A stretch of 64,000 nt of DNA, taken from assembly GCA_040767085.1 (NCBI GenBank), contig JAXGPF010000012.1:128001-192000 (forward strand), written 5' to 3'. The notes under the pieces were generated by a model that searched no databases, had not been told where the DNA came from, and saw only the letters and a list, made by a program, of their open reading frames with translations. Numbering within the stretch: position 1 is the stretch's first letter; the number at the start of each line of letters is the position of its first letter. Of this stretch, positions 58,801 through 64,000 are shown piece after piece. The DNA is from Kiritimatiellia bacterium (lineage in GTDB: Bacteria; Verrucomicrobiota; Kiritimatiellia; JAAZAB01). Both the position numbers and the translations under genes were made by a program.

Positions 58801-60512
58801 GCAAAGTCCGGCCGGGCCTGGAAACCGTGGCCGGCTGTTATTTGAATTTTGAGCATGTCTGCGAATGGCACAAGCGTCAAATCACTGTGGCGGATTATCT
58901 GGATTTGTTCGGATGGAATCCGGCGTCTTTCCAGGAGCATGAGCGGGTATGGCTGATGCCGTGGCTGCCTCTGGCCGGGCGGTATCAACCTGCGAGCCGC
59001 GCGGAAAACTACGCCATGTCGTGGCAGTGGAACAAGGATCCGGGATTTTACAGTGTCTTTGCCGGTCAGGCGCGCCGCGCCATCATGTTTCATGCCGGTT
59101 GGATCGAGGTCGAGCGGGTGGCGGCGAATTATCCTTGCCGGGCGGGCTGGCCGCGGCCATACCAGCAGACGATGATGGCGCAGCAGCGGGAGGAGATGGC
59201 GCTGGAGCCCTACACCCAGGCCATGATCGGGATGGACCCGCAAATGGTGATGATGGGCTTCACGGATCAAACGCCTTATATCGGCGTGGAGGAAATCCAA
59301 CGTAAATTCACACGGGTGCTCCGGCGTCTGCCATGGGGCCGGTTTGAGCCGGTATTGAGCACGGGGTTTGACTCCAATTTCGCCATCCGCGCGCTGCGCG
59401 CGGGCGATGATTACCTTTTCTATATCGCCAATCCGGGATACTGGCCGGTCGCCGGGGCGGTGACGCTGGCCAATGCGGGGGAAGTATTTGACCTGGTGTC
59501 GGGCAAATCCGTGCCGGTGCTGGACGGCGTCATCCGGGTGGCGCTGGAGCCGTTTGGCATTGCCGCCTTCCGCGCCTGTAACACTGGAGCCGGGACACCC
59601 TCGTCCCGGTCCCCGATTACAATCGCCGCCTGGCAGACCGATCCGGTTCCGGCATCCGAACTGGCGCATATGCAGAGGATTTTATCCCGGGCGCAGGCTG
59701 AGGCCGGGAAGCCGGGCGGCGTGGCGGGTTTCCTGGGCGCCGAAGATTACCTGGTATTTTCAAATGCCATGCAAATGGCGGAAGCGGCTTTGGCGGAAAA
59801 GCGCTATGCGGCGGCGTGGGCGGCGCTTTCGGATGCCCGGTTCTGGAGCATCTTGTTTGAACAAATGCCGCGGATGCCGGACAATCTCACCGATGCGCTT
59901 GCGTTGAATGTGCGGCATGTGGGCGGCGGTTATATTCCCAAGGTGGACGGCATTTTTAATGATCGTATCTGGAAATCGAATTTAATAGATTATACCGGCC
60001 CGTTTGTCGGCCAGGATGGCCGGTATCCGGCGGCCCGCACCATTGCCCGCGCCGGCAAACCGGGGCATGTGTTGTGTTTTGCCGTAGCTTGCCACGATCC
60101 GACGCCGGAGCGGATAAAGGCCGGCGCGTCGGAGCCAGACGGCCGTGCCTTATGGCGGTCGGGCGATGACATGCTGGTCATCACAATCATGCCCGACGAT
60201 AAACAGGTCTATCAGTTTGCGGTCAATGCCGCCGGAACCAAGTCTGCCCGGCAGATCGGCGGGCCGGCCAACAAGGCCTTCAACCCGGCCTGGGAAGCGG
60301 CGGTCGTAAAATGCGACTGGGGCTGGCAGGCGGAAATCGTCATTGAGCCGCGGAAATCCTTCGGCGGTTTGATGCAGGTTGGCGGCCAGTGGCGGATCAA
60401 TTTACACCGGTTGTTCCGGCCGGATATGGCGGTGCCGGCGTCTTGGACATATACGGCGGATTGGCAATTGGGCGATCGAATGGGGCTGATCAATTTCAAA
60501 CCATATCGCTGA
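55887..60512 (+). CDS. Tandem paralogue of 51189-55829
   Basis: Same architecture; long blocks nearly identical at DNA level (offset 4719 bp). Confidence 0.7.
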   Translation: MKCALLAGCLLGAALSNVPASSCLDGSYAEYWGRADALLPGMTRLAEDLAVAGEWEIVGGRRVEAPGAAGIAATADGGTLAFIWKGGLAREYPLLTIGLNLAAELPAPAQVLFYLYADGEFKTEKGAKRVQINAGNPTNLTFHIPPSRGARRYGAAGAGLVDGFKIEFTGSNLAGQTVALHGPRLTAEYFEGFFRRNIFIPEGAVWEAVAEVGSYSEFYVNGKLVEDESIVLPRPVNTGPEMYGSRRISLKNHIQTGKNTLGLHVKRFGSAPAAYLCGSVIMADGQRIPLDSGTNWIWNRVAPDNWPAPGYNDAGWMQVKNQSEMPREHGLGSYYKGDAAVACPMANIGLSYRPRGNLPCYDGLIRLCNPADNKLFFNEDKDFLLEIWIPPGFKDKQPELAWEIQRYHPDGTFEEAAQGKVVKFDLAESQTEGVSEAPVKSLVGKINSVRLPRGIYVLTSRLRVNGEVIEERDPEALVVTGRVRMEKVAGDTLEQGLDLALEQTIDFTDPADPHPWFETDHKGPIPAGRWGSNYYHTVEPALIVERNGLKYRTTRPVDWAQFSYQVEFGHPGDWYLLALEYPDDAERWIGVSCNAGRTPEHLRRAKPEEQYSASSKCGPAIWTGGKYPNTGRMLEMQWLYRPDPGGHAINVMSLMKDTAAAAAKLKIYHVKGRLPELDAGAITPAGQRRFGMVTERTYPWASGIYNLFSSFDSRQVALRGDKGAGQYTNNAIVDWCEHLRLLEDAASHYAEYMRFAGQNLHAMGCFQYGDDNTASQYITGDLRIHDSSKNMLARVLAANDLMFYASVEFICTERLGRRELDPEWYFADRAGNRAIRLWANKPLNLNFLHPAVESEMLELARQLAECFQHQPNFLGINWTAYFSGFWIPSYRNYSHPYNDEVDPLETGYDDFTVGLFEKDTGIKIPVAGANRAPSIYEQRYQFLTSAQMKPVWLNWRARKMAEFFAKVNRTIGKVRPGLETVAGCYLNFEHVCEWHKRQITVADYLDLFGWNPASFQEHERVWLMPWLPLAGRYQPASRAENYAMSWQWNKDPGFYSVFAGQARRAIMFHAGWIEVERVAANYPCRAGWPRPYQQTMMAQQREEMALEPYTQAMIGMDPQMVMMGFTDQTPYIGVEEIQRKFTRVLRRLPWGRFEPVLSTGFDSNFAIRALRAGDDYLFYIANPGYWPVAGAVTLANAGEVFDLVSGKSVPVLDGVIRVALEPFGIAAFRACNTGAGTPSSRSPITIAAWQTDPVPASELAHMQRILSRAQAEAGKPGGVAGFLGAEDYLVFSNAMQMAEAALAEKRYAAAWAALSDARFWSILFEQMPRMPDNLTDALALNVRHVGGGYIPKVDGIFNDRIWKSNLIDYTGPFVGQDGRYPAARTIARAGKPGHVLCFAVACHDPTPERIKAGASEPDGRALWRSGDDMLVITIMPDDKQVYQFAVNAAGTKSARQIGGPANKAFNPAWEAAVVKCDWGWQAEIVIEPRKSFGGLMQVGGQWRINLHRLFRPDMAVPASWTYTADWQLGDRMGLINFKPYR

Positions 60513-60523
60513 GGACGATTTGC

Positions 60524-63358
60524 ATGGATAATCAATCGCATGCAGCCGATGGATGGTGTCTGAACCTGTCGGGGCCATGGTCATTCGCCCTCGATCCGGA
60601 CGACATCGGGTTGCGGGAAAAGTGGTTCGCCCTGGCCGCCCCGTTCGATACCCCGGTCAAAGTCCCCGGCGCCTGGCAGGCGCAGGGCATTGGCGATCAC
60701 CGGCACCGGCCGGCGCCCAGCCAGAGCGTCATGCCGCCGGTGGAAATGGAAAAGGTTTCTTACCGCGGCACGGGTTGGTATCGCCGGTCCTTTCATATTC
60801 CACAAACCTGGCAAAACAAGCAGGTTTGGCTGAATATGGGCGGCACGCATCCGGTATGCGAGATATGGCTTGACGGCCGGCCGGTATGCAAACATATCGG
60901 CAGCCAATTGCAATATCGGCTGAATATCACCGGCTTTGTCCAGCCCGGCATGGAACACGCGCTGACCTGCCGCATTTCAGAATTTCCCAACGAACCGCGC
61001 GGACGTAATTACCGCAATCCCCTGAGCGGAACTTTCCTGGACTGGTGCAACACCTGGAGCGGCATTTACCGGGAAGTGTTTTTGGAGGCTAAAGACGCGG
61101 TCCGGATTGACAATATCTCCGTCTTTCCGGACATTAAAAACCGGGCCGCCAGCATCCGGATCGCGCTGGGCAGCGCCAGTCCAGCCGCATATTGCGGGGT
61201 GCGCTTGAGCGCCGTGATTACGGGGCCGGACGGCGGGGAAGCCGGCCGGGTCGAGAGCGCGGTGGACGTCATCCAGGAGCAAACCGTTGTGGAATTGCGC
61301 GCGCCCATGGGCGAGGTGCGGTTATGGTCGCCCGACACCCCCGTCTTGTATGGCATTGCCGTCACCCTGTCCGGCGCGGGCATGCATGACGAGTGCCGGG
61401 ACCGGTTCGGGATGCGTGAATTTGCCGTCGATGGAGACAGGATTCTGCTGAACGGCCGGCCGGTCTGGCTGCGGGGATTCGGCGATCATGTAATGTTTCC
61501 CCTGACTTTGGATCCGGGCGTGGAGCGGCCGCAGATCGAGAAAGAACTCAAACGCGCCCGGGAATACGGTTTTAATCTCGTGCTGCATTACGTCATGCCG
61601 TTCAAGGAATACCTGGATGTGGCCGACGAGGTGGGATTGCTGGTGCAGGAATGCCCGATCCTGACCTCGGCGCGCGGGGGCGACCGCGAAGTTTACATGC
61701 AGCCGGCATACCTTGAACAATGCATCCGTCAAAACATCAATCATCCCTCGATCATGGCTTACGCTTTCACCGCCGAGGTGTATTTCCATAACCGGGAGTC
61801 GCGGTTTATCCGGGATTTGGATTGCCTGGTCAAGGCCGCCCGGCAGCTGGATCCGACGCGGCTGATCAACGCCTGCGCCGGCGTGGACCGGGCATGCGCG
61901 GAACGGGACGACACCGACATCCTGGAAATGGCGGGCGGCAACAGCTGTAATCCGGCCGAACTGGATGTCTGCCGCAAGCCGGTGCTGTTGCATGAATACC
62001 GCTGGTGGTCTTCCTACCCGAACCCGGAATTAAAGTCCAAATACGAGCAGTCGGCCATGCGTCCGTGGTTTATCGAGCTGGCCGAGCAGGTGGCGCGCGA
62101 CAAGGGCTTTTACGATCTTTTGCCGGTGTTTGTGAAAAACTCTGAAAAGCTGCAGGCGCTGGAGCGGAAAATCGGGCTGGAAAAAGCCCGCCGGGCCCGG
62201 GGCGTGTGCGGCTACGAGTTGTTCCTGGGCAAGGACACCGGCTGGGCAATTGAAGGTCTATGGGACGATTTCGGCGATCCGAAAAACGTTTCCGCGGCGG
62301 AGTTCCTGCGGACCAACGGCGAAACCGTCCTGCTGATTGACAAGGATTACTATTACCGCAACTATTGGGCCGGCGAAAAAATCGCGGTGGATTTATGGCT
62401 GTCACATTTTGGCCATGCGCCGCTGTCCCAGGCCCGGATCAACTGGAGCCTGACCGCCGATGGGGGGAAAGTACTCGATTCCGGCCGGCTCGATCTTCCG
62501 GAGTTCCCCTGTTATGCAACTGAAAAAATCGCCTTGCTGAAAATTTACCCGGCCGGGGTAAGCCGCTCGACCCGCGCGGTTTTGCGGGTCGAACTGCAGG
62601 CGGGCAAACTGCGGATTGACAACGAATGGAATTTCTGGATATTCGCCCGCGACCTGGTTCCCCGGCCGGCGGGGCGGGTTGCCAACATCGGGATTCATTC
62701 CTATTATTATGATCTGGATTTCTTTGTGAAAAAGTCGCCGGCGGATTCATTGGAAGGCTTCGATTGCGTGGTGACCAACACCCTGAACCGGAATTTGATA
62801 GAATATCTGCGGTCCGGCGGGAAGGCGTTGCTGATCGCACAGGGCGTATTTCCGGCAATCTTCTGCGAATTCAAGTCCAACCTTTATAACGGATCGCCGT
62901 CAGGCAATTCCGGGACGGTCATCGCCGACCACCCCGCGTTGCAGGGCTTTCCTCATGACGGCTGGTGCGACCTGCAATTCTACGGCTTGATCGAAGACGC
63001 GCCCGTGATCAACCTGGACCAGTGGCCGGTAAAAGTCGAGCCGATCATCCGCTCGATCAATAATTACCAATTGGGCATTAACCGCGCTTATCTGGCGGAA
63101 GTTAAAGTCGGCCGGGGCGCTTTGATGACCACCACGTTCAATTTCAAGCCGCTGCGCGGCATTGGCCGGTATTATTGCGAGGTCGAAAACACGTGCCTGT
63201 TGGACCGGCTGCTGCGTTATGCCATGTCGCCGGCATTCACGCCCGCGGCGGAAGCGCCGGTATCGTTTTTCGAAAAACTTGCGGGGTGCGCAACCGGCGT
63301 GGCGGACGCGGGCGCCGCCAGTCAGAATCCCGCTTACCTGGTTAATTCCGGAGTTTAA
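60524..63358 (+). CDS. Glycoside hydrolase family 2 protein
   Basis: LSG.W.F..D, VPG.W, G.GWYRR.F, SGIYREV.L, LWSPDTPVLY, FGMREF, LNGRPV.LRG, ADEVGLLV, NHPSI, DPTR. Confidence 0.9.
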   Translation: MDNQSHAADGWCLNLSGPWSFALDPDDIGLREKWFALAAPFDTPVKVPGAWQAQGIGDHRHRPAPSQSVMPPVEMEKVSYRGTGWYRRSFHIPQTWQNKQVWLNMGGTHPVCEIWLDGRPVCKHIGSQLQYRLNITGFVQPGMEHALTCRISEFPNEPRGRNYRNPLSGTFLDWCNTWSGIYREVFLEAKDAVRIDNISVFPDIKNRAASIRIALGSASPAAYCGVRLSAVITGPDGGEAGRVESAVDVIQEQTVVELRAPMGEVRLWSPDTPVLYGIAVTLSGAGMHDECRDRFGMREFAVDGDRILLNGRPVWLRGFGDHVMFPLTLDPGVERPQIEKELKRAREYGFNLVLHYVMPFKEYLDVADEVGLLVQECPILTSARGGDREVYMQPAYLEQCIRQNINHPSIMAYAFTAEVYFHNRESRFIRDLDCLVKAARQLDPTRLINACAGVDRACAERDDTDILEMAGGNSCNPAELDVCRKPVLLHEYRWWSSYPNPELKSKYEQSAMRPWFIELAEQVARDKGFYDLLPVFVKNSEKLQALERKIGLEKARRARGVCGYELFLGKDTGWAIEGLWDDFGDPKNVSAAEFLRTNGETVLLIDKDYYYRNYWAGEKIAVDLWLSHFGHAPLSQARINWSLTADGGKVLDSGRLDLPEFPCYATEKIALLKIYPAGVSRSTRAVLRVELQAGKLRIDNEWNFWIFARDLVPRPAGRVANIGIHSYYYDLDFFVKKSPADSLEGFDCVVTNTLNRNLIEYLRSGGKALLIAQGVFPAIFCEFKSNLYNGSPSGNSGTVIADHPALQGFPHDGWCDLQFYGLIEDAPVINLDQWPVKVEPIIRSINNYQLGINRAYLAEVKVGRGALMTTTFNFKPLRGIGRYYCEVENTCLLDRLLRYAMSPAFTPAAEAPVSFFEKLAGCATGVADAGAASQNPAYLVNSGV

Positions 63359-63391
63359 CGTTCGATCGAAACACATAACCGGAGGTGGCAA

Positions 63392-64000
63392 GTGAAACCA
63401 AGCAAGATTGCCGTATCAGTCTGCTGCGCATTGTGTTTTATAGCCGTCTGCCGGAGCGCGACCTGGCACGTGGCAACCAATGGGACGGATGGCGCAACTC
63501 CGCCGTGGGGTGAAAGCTGGGATTACCCGTTGTCCACGCTCAGCAATGCCGTGGCGCGCGCCGCCAGTGTCGCCGGCAGCCTGATCCTGGTTTCCAACGG
63601 CCATTATGCGTTATCCGCCGAAATTATCCTTACCAACGGGCTGATCTGCCGCGGATTCAGCGGAAAGCCAGCCGACGTGGTGCTGGATTGCCGGGGCCTC
63701 TGCCGCGCATTCTTCATGAATTCATCCGCGGTGGAATCGGTGAGTGTCACCAACGGCAATCCGTCCAACCGCTACGGCGATGGCGGCGGGATTTACGGCG
63801 GCGCAAACAGCGTGATTTCCAATTGCATTTTGACCTTGAATAACGGACGTTATGGCGGCGGAATCCGGATCGAGGCGGGCGGCGTGGTGGCGGATTGCAT
63901 TCTGGCCTCCAATAACGCAACGCACCGCGGCGGCGGCGCATACATTACAGATGCGCAATTTCTCCGCAACGGGGTGATTGGCAATTCGGTGTCGAATGAC
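63392..64000 (+). CDS. Secreted parallel beta-helix protein (3' end outside window)
   Basis: GGAGG RBS and GTG at 63392. MKPSKIAVSVCCALCFIAVCRSATWHVATNG..SW, ILVSNG.Y, GGGIY, ISNCI...N. Absent from the ORF track because it has no stop in the window. Confidence 0.8.
   Translation, partial: MKPSKIAVSVCCALCFIAVCRSATWHVATNGTDGATPPWGESWDYPLSTLSNAVARAASVAGSLILVSNGHYALSAEIILTNGLICRGFSGKPADVVLDCRGLCRAFFMNSSAVESVSVTNGNPSNRYGDGGGIYGGANSVISNCILTLNNGRYGGGIRIEAGGVVADCILASNNATHRGGGAYITDAQFLRNGVIGNSVSND

Noticed and set aside
51189-60512. Diversity-generating retroelement (TR/VR pair)
   Set aside because: No reverse transcriptase in the window, both copies are full coding genes, and differences are not adenine-specific.

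Overview
GC-rich bacterial window. Gene content suggests a PVC-superphylum organism, probably Kiritimatiellia/Lentisphaeria (inference). The first ~6 kb holds housekeeping-type genes: a GNAT, a eukaryote-type xylulokinase, surE, a DUF481 outer-membrane protein and mscL. Most of the rest is three regulator-linked clusters (AraC, GntR/LacI-type, ROK) of secreted glycoside-hydrolase-like, FG-GAP and parallel beta-helix proteins, plus amidohydrolases and URO-D-like proteins. The best candidate for an undescribed system is at 2032-2862. There an AT-rich GxxExxY (PD-(D/E)XK-like) gene sits inside the loop of a palindromic unit and is preceded by three tandem, gene-less 97-98 bp copies of that unit. 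This looks like an autonomous element with non-autonomous derivatives. Related orphan or nested hairpins are scattered through the window, including short in-frame palindromes inside two giant paralogues. Other notable points: a duplicated AraC promoter heading a paralogous gene module, a shared C-terminal tail on beta-helix proteins, mosaic near-identity between tandem 4.6 kb paralogues, a creatininase-GH78 fusion, and a ~1 kb frameshift-dense patch that may be a sequencing artefact. I found no rRNA, tRNA, CRISPR array or canonical transposase. All family calls come from motif recognition by eye, not database searches.
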